Shown one piece after another: positions 9,206-18,641 of a stretch of DNA of 64,000 nt. Numbering within the stretch: the stretch's first letter is position 1; the number at the start of each line of letters is the position of its first letter. Under the pieces are notes generated by a model that worked only from the letters and a program-made list of their open reading frames with translations, did no database searches and had not been told where the DNA came from. Source of the DNA: an uncultured Pseudomonadota bacterium (lineage in GTDB: Bacteria; Babelota; Babeliae; Babelales; JACPOV01); the NCBI GenBank assembly GCA_964620245.1, contig CAZUJC010000001.1, forward strand, positions 436 to 64,435. Reading direction: 5' to 3'. Both the position numbers and the translations under genes were made by a program.

Positions 9206-9882
9206 GCTTTCTCCGACCGCGCAACAAATACCGGAATAATAATGTCAGCTAGCGTGCATGGTATCACAACTGCGATAATTAACAAGATAAATAATGGACC
9301 CATATATGGATACCAATTTGTAAAACCCTCAGACACCATATAAAACAGTGCTGCTAGCGAGCTTGCAAAGATATGACCAACATGAGTAATGACCGTGTAT
9401 GAAGAGCGGGCGCGCGGTCCACTTTTACTAATAATCAGCCCATTGAGCAAACCAATACCTAAAAATGGTACTACGTTACGCAACTCAGAGCCTAAGCAAA
9501 TATGAAAGCGCATCGAAACGCCTAAAAGCCTGCCGGCCAAATAGGGCATAATAATATCAGACAGCGTACAGAAGAAAAGTGCCGAACAAAGCGCAACAAA
9601 AAAACCGCGCATCAAATTGTTAGAAAATTTTGAAAATGTGATTAAAGCACCACTTGCCGCAAATACCAAGTGAACAAAGTGAAAGCTATGAAAAAGAATA
9701 TGAGTACCACGCGTAACAACTGAGCTATCACCGCGTAACAACCCAAAAAACTCAACCAAGCTCAGTACGACAATACCAAGTGCCACTGAAAAAATCGCAT
9801 AGGGCAGATGGCACATCAATTCGCCAATCAATGTCCCATCATGATGTTCGTGATCGTGCTGGTCTTTTAGATGATGTTCCAT
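9202..9882 (-). CDS. Polytopic membrane protein with a His-rich N-terminus and an internal two-fold repeat (possible metal/cation transporter)
   Basis: The N-terminus MEHHLKDQHDHEHH has 6 His in 14 residues. There are about 6 TM segments. A motif is duplicated 104 residues apart: FFCTLSDIIMPY and IPCTLADIIIPVF. His clusters HILFHSFHFVH and THVGH precede each copy. AAGGAA SD upstream. The stop overlaps the potA ATG (ATGA at 9202-9205). Confidence 0.7.
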   Translation of the reverse strand: MEHHLKDQHDHEHHDGTLIGELMCHLPYAIFSVALGIVVLSLVEFFGLLRGDSSVVTRGTHILFHSFHFVHLVFAASGALITFSKFSNNLMRGFFVALCSALFFCTLSDIIMPYLAGRLLGVSMRFHICLGSELRNVVPFLGIGLLNGLIISKSGPRARSSYTVITHVGHIFASSLAALFYMVSEGFTNWYPYMGPLFILLIIAVVIPCTLADIIIPVFVARSEKA

Positions 9883-10012
9883 TTTACAAATTCCTTAATT
9901 AATTCATCGAAATATAAAAAAAGAGAAGTACTAATCACTATAAAGGTTTTTTGTCAATTAATCAAAAAAAGAAACACAAGAAAAACCTGACTTTTGCAAC
10001 GAAATTTAGCTT

Positions 10013-12901
10013 CTAGAATGCATATCCAAGTGTTAAAAACCAAGAATACAAATGTTCTTCCGGCTCTCTTTTGCGCCATTTCCAGCCAATATCAAATCTC
10101 AGTGGCCCAATTGGCGTTTGATAACGCAAACCAAATCCGGTTGACCCAAGCAATGCGTTACCATCAACGATGCTTACTGGTGCTCGTGAAAGCAAAATAC
10201 CAATATCCTCAAATACCGCTCCCCATAATCGTTGTATGATCGGAAAACGAAACTCAACATTAGCGTTAAACACAAAACGTCCACCCTGCGGAACTAAATA
10301 AGATCTTCCCTTTTCATCAATAAAACAACCTAAAGGCGGAGCCAAATCTGGCGCGTAGCCACGCAATGAATTTTCGCCGCCCAGATAAAACCGATCAATA
10401 GGCATGATATTCTCAAACTGTCGGCTGAAAATGTACCCAAACCGTATATGAAACCCCAACACCGTACGCCACAATGGGACAAAGACCGCCTCTTCTAATA
10501 AAAATTTAAAAAAAGGCACACCATTTTTATCAAATGGCACCATTCCTTTACCTGTAATAACAGTCAGCGACCCAGAATGTGGATTCAATTTGTCATCAAG
10601 ACAATCGATAAAAATATTAGGCTCAATGTATCCATAGGGAACTAATTTATCAATCAGCACCGGTTCAAAATTGATTGCCTGTGCCAGCTCAACCGAAAGA
10701 TGATTAGTTTCAACAAATTCGATTCCTGCATTTAATGCCAACTCGCGTTTATCTGCGCTATAAATTAGTCCAATCATTCCTCCTTGCTGACGAGCTTGAT
10801 ACAAGGGTTTTGCAAGACCAAGCATAACCGGTTGCATGTAGGTATTATTATACCCTTTTAGTATTAAGTTGATTGGTAAACCTAAAAACCACGGCCGGCG
10901 ATAAACGCCTGCAAAATTACTATAAAATCGAGTAACATCAATATCAAGACGCAACATATCAGCATAATTAAACGGATTTTTAATCAACAAAGACCCACCC
11001 AATTTATAAGTAGGACCGCTCCTAAATGCAAAATTTTTACTCACTTGTTGAAATCCCGCGCGAACTCGAATTTCATAGGGATCATCATGAATCAGTTTTA
11101 GGAGTACCGCCTTTTCTTTCTCATCTTCAGGTGCAGTATCGCCGTGAGCATAAATTGTTTCAAATACTTCCAGTTCTCTTAATTTTAAAAATGAGGCGCG
11201 TACTTGCTCTTTGTTCCATGGATCACCTTTTTTATAGCTCATTGTTTTTTGCAAAAGCGAAAAGGGCAATGTTGTTGCTCCAAGTAGTACTGTTTTACCG
11301 AATTTAACCTGAACATTGCAACTGGAAACATGCCACACAATTTTGGTCAAATCACCATCAAAAATAATCTCATATCTCAGCTGGACTGATAAATAGCCAC
11401 GCTGTTGAAAATAGTTCAGTAACCATTTTTTTTGATTATTCAAAAGCATTTGAGATAATGGTACCGAATTTCCCATATTAATTGCCTTGAAAGGCCCACT
11501 ACGCTCCAATTGTTCAAATTGATCTATGCACACTTGATCGATCATTGTTTGCACACCTTCGCTGATACTCACATTCAAACGATACTTATGTGCTGAATTT
11601 GTAAGCACGAATTGTTGTTGAACAATTTCAACGTTGCTAAATCCGTTTTCTTGATACCATTTAATAATCTCAGACAATCGCTGCTTTATAGTATCAACAT
11701 CAACAGAGCACTCTTTTTTAAATTTTTTGAAAAATTTTTTGCGTAGCCATTCTGGAGTCGTATGCTGTACGCCATCAAAATCAATTGTTGCTAACTGTGC
11801 ACGAACACCTTCGTTGATAACAAAAAAACAACATTGACCTTCTGCTTGAACATCAACTACAACTTGCCAAAAACCTTTAGAGCGATAACGCTCAACAATT
11901 TCATCAACAATTAATGAAAGCGGTACCAAGTCAGCCGAACGACCAAATGTTGCACATTGTTCAATCAGGTCTTTTGTTGAAAAAAAATTGTTGCCAAAAA
12001 AAACAAATCGGCGCTGAATACCAATTTTTACCTTGAATTGTAAATCAACGGTATAATTTTCCTGGTTAATAGAGGTAGAAAGCTCAATTTGAGCATTAAC
12101 ATATCCTTTTTTTGCTAAGTAATCTTTAATAGCTTGCGTCTCTTGATTTATTGTGCGAGTTGCACAATAGGCTGATGCAATTTTATAGGTTGTCCGTTTT
12201 CGTAATTTGTCTATCAAACGAGCATGTTCATCATCTAAATCTTCTCGATCAATTTCGACAGAAACATTTTTGACCAAAAAACGAACGCCTGGTTTTAAAC
12301 AAACGACTGGTGTCACTAACTTTGCGCGATAATCGTATAAAAAATAATCATCTACATCGGCTGCATAATAGCCTTCATCTCGCAACTCTTTTTTTATTTC
12401 ACCGATAAAGTGTCGATGTTTATTAATATCAAATGGTTCACCTTGTTCCATCATATATAAGTGTCGATACGTATCTTTTCCAATAAATACACCATCGAAT
12501 TTTACTTTGTGAAATGTCCAAAAAGCAGCTAATGCAAAATGTAAGTGATATCCCACAGCAGATTGCTGATCAATTTTTAACAATATCGATTCAAATTTAT
12601 TTTTCTTTTTTAAATAGAAGACTGCTTTTTTAATCTGCTCAACCGTAACAAAACTGTTCTCAGGCAAATCAATAAGATACCGAAATTCTTCTTGTGCAAA
12701 AACACTGTCAGTTTCATACGTAATTTTTTCAACAAAAATCGGTTGTGTGAAATGCTGCTCCAATTGCTCAAACGTCAACTCTCCGTGCGCAAGAACTGTC
12801 AGATCTGAATACCCATGCGCAATGGTTGTAAAAAAAAAGATAATAGAATAAAAAAATAAAGCACGGCAGTACAACACAGTTTTCCCAAAAATATTTCGCA
12901 A
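10013..12901 (-). CDS. bamA: Outer membrane protein assembly factor BamA (Omp85 family), unusually long
   Basis: 962 aa with a hydrophobic N-terminal signal, a long N-terminal region of repeated POTRA-like units, and a C-terminal barrel carrying the Omp85 motif LGGENSLRGYAP and a terminal ...WFLTLGYAF (C-terminal Phe). The only start available at the ORF top is TTG 12901. Confidence 0.85.
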   Translation of the reverse strand: MRNIFGKTVLYCRALFFYSIIFFFTTIAHGYSDLTVLAHGELTFEQLEQHFTQPIFVEKITYETDSVFAQEEFRYLIDLPENSFVTVEQIKKAVFYLKKKNKFESILLKIDQQSAVGYHLHFALAAFWTFHKVKFDGVFIGKDTYRHLYMMEQGEPFDINKHRHFIGEIKKELRDEGYYAADVDDYFLYDYRAKLVTPVVCLKPGVRFLVKNVSVEIDREDLDDEHARLIDKLRKRTTYKIASAYCATRTINQETQAIKDYLAKKGYVNAQIELSTSINQENYTVDLQFKVKIGIQRRFVFFGNNFFSTKDLIEQCATFGRSADLVPLSLIVDEIVERYRSKGFWQVVVDVQAEGQCCFFVINEGVRAQLATIDFDGVQHTTPEWLRKKFFKKFKKECSVDVDTIKQRLSEIIKWYQENGFSNVEIVQQQFVLTNSAHKYRLNVSISEGVQTMIDQVCIDQFEQLERSGPFKAINMGNSVPLSQMLLNNQKKWLLNYFQQRGYLSVQLRYEIIFDGDLTKIVWHVSSCNVQVKFGKTVLLGATTLPFSLLQKTMSYKKGDPWNKEQVRASFLKLRELEVFETIYAHGDTAPEDEKEKAVLLKLIHDDPYEIRVRAGFQQVSKNFAFRSGPTYKLGGSLLIKNPFNYADMLRLDIDVTRFYSNFAGVYRRPWFLGLPINLILKGYNNTYMQPVMLGLAKPLYQARQQGGMIGLIYSADKRELALNAGIEFVETNHLSVELAQAINFEPVLIDKLVPYGYIEPNIFIDCLDDKLNPHSGSLTVITGKGMVPFDKNGVPFFKFLLEEAVFVPLWRTVLGFHIRFGYIFSRQFENIMPIDRFYLGGENSLRGYAPDLAPPLGCFIDEKGRSYLVPQGGRFVFNANVEFRFPIIQRLWGAVFEDIGILLSRAPVSIVDGNALLGSTGFGLRYQTPIGPLRFDIGWKWRKREPEEHLYSWFLTLGYAF

Positions 12902-12949
12902 TACTTATTAGTGTACCAAAACGTGCTCTTTGTACTACCGTACTCAATT

Positions 12950-13234
12950 TTATTCTATGACTCTAAAAACACCGCGATAATCTTTAACCTTAATAAACGG
13001 CTCAATTTGAAGATCTTCAATGTTTTTTTGAACCGCTTCTTTGTGCAGAATATCAATAAACTCACTCAATCTCTCTTTCACGCCGCATGCAACAATCATA
13101 ATAGTAAGACTCTCGGTCCCTGATGACTGAGCAGTTCCCTCAATCTCAAGATCTCGCGCAGCCTTTTGCACTACCGTTTGTAGAATTTTTTTTGGTGCAC
13201 GGAGTAGAAATGTAATATGTAAACATTGCTTCAT
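12950..13234 (-). CDS. Acylphosphatase-fold-like small protein lacking the canonical phosphate-binding loop
   Basis: 94 aa with a strong AAGGAGAAGG SD. The layout matches acylphosphatase (beta1 HITFLL, helix ...QKAARDLEIEGTAQ, ...LTIMIVACGVKERLSEFIDILHK..., C-terminal DYRGVFRVIE). However, the GxVQGVxFR loop is replaced by LLRAPKKIL. Confidence 0.45.
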   Translation of the reverse strand: MKQCLHITFLLRAPKKILQTVVQKAARDLEIEGTAQSSGTESLTIMIVACGVKERLSEFIDILHKEAVQKNIEDLQIEPFIKVKDYRGVFRVIE

Positions 13235-13380
13235 TGACCTTCTCCTTTTTTATTTATTTGAAAGGAACCTAGCAAAACATAATTCCTAATGTCAAAGCAA
13301 ACTACGCTTATTTCAGGCTCTAGACTCATCATGACAACAACGGTAAACTGTACCCAAGATACGTATTGTTAAGGAATTTC

Positions 13381-14811
13381 ATGACACCATCATCTGTACG
13401 AGTGCGATTTGCTCCATCCCCTACCGGATTAATGCATTTAGGAAGTGCACGTTTAGCACTTTTTAATTACTTATTTGCCAAACATTACAATGGAACTTTT
13501 ATTTTGCGTATCGAAGATACCGATCTTGATCGCAATTTTGATCCAGGTGGTGCCATTATAATGGAAGATCTTGCCTGGCTCAACCTCAAATTTCAAGAAG
13601 GCCCAGAAGTTGGTGGCCCCGACGCACCGTACCTACAATCGCAACGCAGTGCAATTTACCAAGAAAAACTAACTGAGTTAATCAATAAAAATCTTTTGTA
13701 TCGCTGTTTTTGCAGTGTCCAAGATTTAGAACATAAACGTGCTCGCCAAATTGCACTCAAGCAACCTCCTCGCTACGATCGCACCTGCTTGAAATTGTCG
13801 TCTATTGATATTGAAAAGCTTTTGATTGACAATAAACCGTTCATCTGGCGCTGTAAAGTTCCGCACGAAATTATACAAATTAACGATTTGGCACGCGGAT
13901 CGGTTAGTTTCGATCTTGAAAATTTTTCAGATTTTCCTCTCACGCGCGAAGATGGCAGCTTTACTTTTTTATTTGTAAATTGTGTTGACGATATATTAAT
14001 GCATATTTCGCACGTTATTCGCGGAGAAGACCATCTATCCAACACCGCAAATCAAGTTGTGCTCTATAAATCGTTTAATGCGCCTATTCCTCTATTTTGG
14101 CATATGCCAATTATTTGCAATAGTGAAGGAAAAAAACTCTCAAAACGCGATTTTGGGTTTTCTTTGCGTGATCTGCACAATGGCGGTTATTTACCCGAAG
14201 CAATTTGCAATTATTTAGCTATTATCGGCGGCTCTTTTGAACACGAAATCATGCCGCTTGATGAGCTGGCACGTGCAGTTAATTTTGAAAAAATGCACAC
14301 CACCAGTACAATTAAATATGATTTAGAAAAATTACGCTGGGTAAACCATCAATGGATTGTGCGCCTCACGGTTGATCAACTCACAAAAAAAATTCTTCCA
14401 TTTTTGCATGCTACCTACCCTGAATCGGTCCAGGTCGATACTGCAACAATGGAAAAACTTGTTGCGTCAATCAAAGATGAAATTCATACACTCAAAGATG
14501 CCGAACATGCATTACAATTTTATTTTGTAGCACCAGTTTCATCACGTGAAAAATTGCTTGAACATGTTCCAGAAAACTATCTGAATGATTGTTTAAAAAT
14601 TATTCATGAGCACATAAAATTACTTAATGCACCTCATGAATTTATGGCGCAATTAAAACATGCAGCGCAGCAGCACGGGATTCCACCAAAAATTGTTTTT
14701 ATGACGATACGTTTGCTCTTAAGTGGAACTGCACATGGGCACGGCATTAATGATATGCTCGAACTTCTTGGACATCAAAAAGCTCTTGAAAGAATTAACG
14801 CCGTAAAATAG
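13381..14811 (+). CDS. gltX: Glutamyl-tRNA synthetase
   Basis: Class I motifs RFAPSPTGLMHLGSAR (HIGH-type) and KLSKR (KMSKS-type), plus GltX-typical RIEDTD and HVIRGEDHLSNT. ATG at 13381; the ORF-track TTG at 13366 adds 5 residues. Confidence 0.92.
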   Translation: MTPSSVRVRFAPSPTGLMHLGSARLALFNYLFAKHYNGTFILRIEDTDLDRNFDPGGAIIMEDLAWLNLKFQEGPEVGGPDAPYLQSQRSAIYQEKLTELINKNLLYRCFCSVQDLEHKRARQIALKQPPRYDRTCLKLSSIDIEKLLIDNKPFIWRCKVPHEIIQINDLARGSVSFDLENFSDFPLTREDGSFTFLFVNCVDDILMHISHVIRGEDHLSNTANQVVLYKSFNAPIPLFWHMPIICNSEGKKLSKRDFGFSLRDLHNGGYLPEAICNYLAIIGGSFEHEIMPLDELARAVNFEKMHTTSTIKYDLEKLRWVNHQWIVRLTVDQLTKKILPFLHATYPESVQVDTATMEKLVASIKDEIHTLKDAEHALQFYFVAPVSSREKLLEHVPENYLNDCLKIIHEHIKLLNAPHEFMAQLKHAAQQHGIPPKIVFMTIRLLLSGTAHGHGINDMLELLGHQKALERINAVK

Positions 14812-14815
14812 CAAA

Positions 14816-15070
14816 TCACACAGCAACGGCTTGATTAGCTAACCGATTTGGTAATTTTTCAAGATCGGTCACCATTGCCTGTTTTTCAAATAGTTGCATC
14901 AATTCAAGAAAATAATGCTCAAGATCAGCTGGAACAAAAAATTCAAATGTACTGCTTTGTTTATCAACAGTGCGTTCAAAAACTAAATGTTCGTAACTTC
15001 GTAAAATTCCTACAATAAACCAAACTTGGCTTCGTGCCAATTTGGCTTGATAATATAAACACACCGACAT
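14816..15070 (-). CDS. Small conserved-looking hypothetical protein
   Basis: 84 aa, ATG with AGGA 6 nt upstream, no signal peptide. It sits convergent to gltX with a 4-nt gap. Sequence ...QVWFIVGILRSYEHLVFERTVDKQSSTFEFFVPADLEHYFLELMQLFEKQ... I could not assign a family. Confidence 0.5.
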   Translation of the reverse strand: MSVCLYYQAKLARSQVWFIVGILRSYEHLVFERTVDKQSSTFEFFVPADLEHYFLELMQLFEKQAMVTDLEKLPNRLANQAVAV

Positions 15071-15213
15071 TTAATATCCTGCAAATTAAAAGAACTATTC
15101 ATTCATTGCAGCATAGCAATATTACATTCTTTAAGCCAATTTACCCAGCTGATTGACGAACTGCATCTAAAGGTGCTATAAAGGAACAAGAAGCTTTGAT
15201 AGAAAGGATAGTG

Positions 15214-16596
15214 ATGAAGAAATTTTTCGCACCGGTGCTTTTTTGCCTGATTGCACTCCTGGCATGGCATCACACAACCTTAAGCATCACCATGCTCACG
15301 AAAAATGATCCATACCCACTTTATACAACTGCATATCCTTACTACTACCTTCTTTTTGGTACGATTAATTACTTGAAAGACATCAATGCCTGCCCTCATC
15401 TTGATCGTTTTAGTTTTACTATTACCCCATTTCATCAAAAAGCTAATATTGGCAGAGATTTCGACGGCCAAAAAGCATTTCTTGGCGATTTAGAAGGCAA
15501 ATGGAACATGCTTGGCATGCTCTACGGACCAGTCCCAACAGGCGAAACATTAGCGGAAACTGAGCTTGGGCGCGCAAAAACAATTATCTTTCCAGGCTTA
15601 GGACCCAATGACTTGGTCCCCAACGATCAAGTCCTTACTGACACTACCGGCAACGTTGGTTTTTTCTCCGTACCACTCAAATATCGAAAATCGGGTGTTC
15701 GATTTGAAATTTCTGTTCAACCAATTGAAGATTTTGGCGCAACATTTCAGTTTGGTTTTGCTGACATTAAGCAAACACTCACCAATTTTATCGATCTTAC
15801 CCAAACCGTTAGTCTTCCCGATTTTATCTTTCCACCTCTTGTTGTAGCTCAAGTTGAACAGCTTTTAATGACTGCCACCGAAGCTCAGCTTACTTTCAGT
15901 CAAATAGGGCTTGAAACATGCGATTTCGAATCAGACTCGATTGAAGATCTGCGCTTCTTTGTTTGGTGGCGACATGCTTACGAAATAAATCATTGCAATT
16001 CATATTGGCCACGCGTATTTGTTATTCCATTTGTTCAAATTGAAGGGACTGCTCCGATAGCCAAGGTCCAAGATCGCACAAAAGCATTCGCTCTTCCTTT
16101 TGGAAATGATGGACATGCATCGGTCGGCTTTAGTGCCGGGTTTCATTTAGACTTTAAAGATACCATTGAGTTCGGATTTTTTGGTGGCTATACCCACTTT
16201 TTTCCTCGGACCATCAGCAAATTCAGAATTCCTAACCATTTTACTCAAAGTGGCGTGTTTCCATTCTCAACACAAGTTCGCCGGTCACCTGGACACAATA
16301 GTATTTTTGGTGTGTTGTTCCACGCCTATAGATTTATAGATCGTGTTTCATTTTATGCCGAATATGATGCCATTCACCACACGGAAGATAGCATAGAGCT
16401 CATTACTCCAGATAGTGCATTTATCCCGCGACAGGTTGAGTGTTTATCAAAATGGCGCGTGCAGGTGCTTAATACTGCTCTCAATTACGAAGTTACTCCA
16501 AATATCACTATAGGAATTGCTGCACAGTGGCCAATTACTCAGCGCAATGCCTACAGAAGCACTTCATTTTTGGGCTCTATCATCGCCACCTTTTAA
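15214..16596 (+). CDS. Predicted outer-membrane beta-barrel protein
   Basis: Signal peptide MKKFFAPVLFCLIALLAWHH. Alternating aromatic/Gly strands run throughout, with a C-terminal ...FLGSIIATF (terminal Phe). ATG at 15214; the ORF-track start is the TTG at 15196. Confidence 0.65.
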   Translation: MKKFFAPVLFCLIALLAWHHTTLSITMLTKNDPYPLYTTAYPYYYLLFGTINYLKDINACPHLDRFSFTITPFHQKANIGRDFDGQKAFLGDLEGKWNMLGMLYGPVPTGETLAETELGRAKTIIFPGLGPNDLVPNDQVLTDTTGNVGFFSVPLKYRKSGVRFEISVQPIEDFGATFQFGFADIKQTLTNFIDLTQTVSLPDFIFPPLVVAQVEQLLMTATEAQLTFSQIGLETCDFESDSIEDLRFFVWWRHAYEINHCNSYWPRVFVIPFVQIEGTAPIAKVQDRTKAFALPFGNDGHASVGFSAGFHLDFKDTIEFGFFGGYTHFFPRTISKFRIPNHFTQSGVFPFSTQVRRSPGHNSIFGVLFHAYRFIDRVSFYAEYDAIHHTEDSIELITPDSAFIPRQVECLSKWRVQVLNTALNYEVTPNITIGIAAQWPITQRNAYRSTSFLGSIIATF

Positions 16597-16610
16597 CCAT
16601 TATTTAGCCC

Positions 16611-16639
16611 TAGACAGCGCGGAATAAAAAAACTATAAT
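16611..16639 (+). promoter_or_regulatory. Candidate sigma70-type promoter for rpsU-rbfA-pilD
   Basis: TAGACA (16611-16616), a 17-nt spacer, then TATAAT (16634-16639), about 65 nt upstream of the rpsU ATG. The AT-rich background makes chance matches likely. Confidence 0.35.
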
Positions 16640-16704
16640 GAGGCTATGAGTTTCATTTTTAGCTACACCCCCTAAATGATGACCTGAAAGGATCGTGTTT
16701 CTCG

Positions 16705-16917
16705 ATGAGTAAGAGAAAAGCTAATGTTATTATCAACGTAAATGCAAATATAGAAAAAGCGCTCAAACAATTAAAAAAGAAAATTGAGCGAGAAGGTATC
16801 GTAAGAGATATGAAACGAGTGGTGTATTTTGAATCACCAACTCAAAAAAAACGTAAACGTCTCATGCGTGCCGTCAAACAAAACTACATTCGCATGGCTT
16901 CACAAAAATTGATCTAA
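16705..16917 (+). CDS. rpsU: 30S ribosomal protein S21
   Basis: 70-aa basic protein, ...IEKALKQLKKKIEREGIVRDMKRVVYFESPTQKKRKR..., typical of S21. Confidence 0.9.
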   Translation: MSKRKANVIINVNANIEKALKQLKKKIEREGIVRDMKRVVYFESPTQKKRKRLMRAVKQNYIRMASQKLI

Positions 16918-16932
16918 CTTAAAAATTTATCC

Positions 16933-17310
16933 ATGAGCATTTTTGAATCAAAACGAGTAAGAGATATAAAAAAAGCACAAAAAGAGAAGCTCCTTTTCCG
17001 CGAGCTCTCTCAGCTTTTTTTACAAGCAATTATTGATGATTCACGATTACGCGATATCTATATGAGTCGCGTATCTTTATCAGCCGATAAAAGCATGTGC
17101 TTTATTTATTTTTACACACCGCAGGGTCCAGCATTTTTTGAAGAAAAACTGGATATTTTGAAGCTGTACAAACCATCACTGCGCAAATCTATTGCCGCTA
17201 AAATTGATGCGCGATACACCCCTGACCTCATGTTTAAATATGATGAGCAGTATGAAAAAATAGAGAAAATGGAAAATCTCTTCGAACAAATTAAAAAAAC
17301 CGACAAATGA
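16933..17310 (+). CDS. rbfA: Ribosome-binding factor A
   Basis: 125 aa with an RbfA-like core (RVRDIKKAQKEKLLFRELSQLFLQAIIDDSRLRDIYMSRVSLSADKSMCFIYF; PDLMFKYD). Confidence 0.85.
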   Translation: MSIFESKRVRDIKKAQKEKLLFRELSQLFLQAIIDDSRLRDIYMSRVSLSADKSMCFIYFYTPQGPAFFEEKLDILKLYKPSLRKSIAAKIDARYTPDLMFKYDEQYEKIEKMENLFEQIKKTDK

Positions 17311-18074
17311 TTTTTTTAAACCCCATCATTCTGATTCCATTACTTTTATGTTGGGGTTCATTTTTAAATGTTGTTGGCTATCGATTAATTCATGATGGAT
17401 CAATTTTTTTTGGACGCTCACAGTGCATTCATTGCGGCCATCAACTCGCGTGGTACCATCTCATTCCCGTTGCATCTTACTTTTTTTTAAAAAGAAGGTG
17501 TGCCTATTGTAAAAAAACAATTTCCTGGCTCTATCCTTTTATTGAGTTATTTACTGCACTGAGCATTTATGTAATGTTCTGCACCGTTCAGCCTCAATTT
17601 TGGCCTGGCTATTTTATCTTTTTTTCTGCACTCCTTGTTACGATTCGAACCGATCTTGAAACTTTCATGATTTCTCGATTTGCTACCCTATTTTTATTAC
17701 CCCTGGTTTACCTGCTTTCTTATTTACATTATATACCACTGGACGCTCTCCAGGTAAGTTTGGGTTGTTTAACTGGCTATCTGTTTCTATTAGCAATTTC
17801 ATCGATTTACTATTGGTTAACAAAACGAATTGGTATGGGCCAAGGAGACGTTGAACTTCTTTCGTTGATCGGTGCATTTATCGCAGTCGATGGCTGGTGG
17901 ATTACACTCGTCATCGCTTCATTTCTTGGATCATTGTCCGGCATTATTTTTTTATTCTTTTCAGATAAAAAAACTACAAAAATTCAAATTCCGTTTGGTC
18001 CGTTTTTAGCTTTTGGTGCAATCAGTTATGTTCTCTGGCAATCACAATTAAAATCGTTGCTTTTAGCTCTCTGA
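17307..18074 (+). CDS. pilD: Prepilin peptidase (A24 family)
   Basis: N-terminal Cys pairs CIHCGHQL...CAYCKK, then a polytopic domain carrying the two catalytic Asp contexts IRTDLETFMI and GMGQGDVELL. ATGA overlap with rbfA. Confidence 0.85.
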   Translation: MIFLNPIILIPLLLCWGSFLNVVGYRLIHDGSIFFGRSQCIHCGHQLAWYHLIPVASYFFLKRRCAYCKKTISWLYPFIELFTALSIYVMFCTVQPQFWPGYFIFFSALLVTIRTDLETFMISRFATLFLLPLVYLLSYLHYIPLDALQVSLGCLTGYLFLLAISSIYYWLTKRIGMGQGDVELLSLIGAFIAVDGWWITLVIASFLGSLSGIIFLFFSDKKTTKIQIPFGPFLAFGAISYVLWQSQLKSLLLAL

Positions 18075-18641
18075 AAATTTTTGCATTAAATAATGAGGCT
18101 GCTCAGGCAGATCACAGCGCAATAAAAAACACGGAAATGGTTTTCGTTTTAATTCATTTTTCCATCGCACTACATGCTCATTTTTTTCAATTAACTGACA
18201 GGCATACATCATATAGGCATAGAGTCGCCAATCGGCTGCATTAACAGATGAAGAAAAACTTTTTTCGATCAATGAAATTGTTTTACCAGGATTGCGTTGA
18301 TAAAAAAGAAGATGAATAGCACCCAAACGATATGCACTCGTAAAATGAGGGTCAAGTTCAGTAATCCATGTAATCCACGAAACACACTCCGCTTCACATA
18401 AGCGATCCACACCGTGTTGCAAAAAATAAAACCAATACCAATCGGCCGCCATGAGTTTCCACGAACCAAAAAAATCGGACCCATATTTTGGTGAACAGTT
18501 CATCTTAACTAAATTGTGTGGTAATTGCTGGTTAATCAAACTAATATGCATCAGGCTTGTCGCCAAATAAAACAGTATAACCATTCCTACTGTTTTAATC
18601 GTTTCTTTATGCCAAATCGTCATGCGTAATTTGAATATCAT
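18063..18641 (-). CDS. Membrane-anchored helical-repeat (TPR-like) hypothetical protein downstream of the pilin
   Basis: 192-aa maximal ORF with one N-terminal TM (VGMVILFYLATSLMHISLI) followed by a Trp/Tyr-rich helical region. The start is uncertain (18641, 18623 or 18584). The 3' end overlaps the pilD 3' end by 12 nt. Confidence 0.5.
   Translation of the reverse strand: MIFKLRMTIWHKETIKTVGMVILFYLATSLMHISLINQQLPHNLVKMNCSPKYGSDFFGSWKLMAADWYWFYFLQHGVDRLCEAECVSWITWITELDPHFTSAYRLGAIHLLFYQRNPGKTISLIEKSFSSSVNAADWRLYAYMMYACQLIEKNEHVVRWKNELKRKPFPCFLLRCDLPEQPHYLMQKFSES

Noticed and set aside
13235-13380. A possible T-box or other leader upstream of gltX.
   Set aside because: The spacer is only about 145 nt. 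I could not find a T-box consensus (AGGGUGGUACCGCG-like) or a specifier-loop architecture, so it is treated as a plain divergent promoter region.
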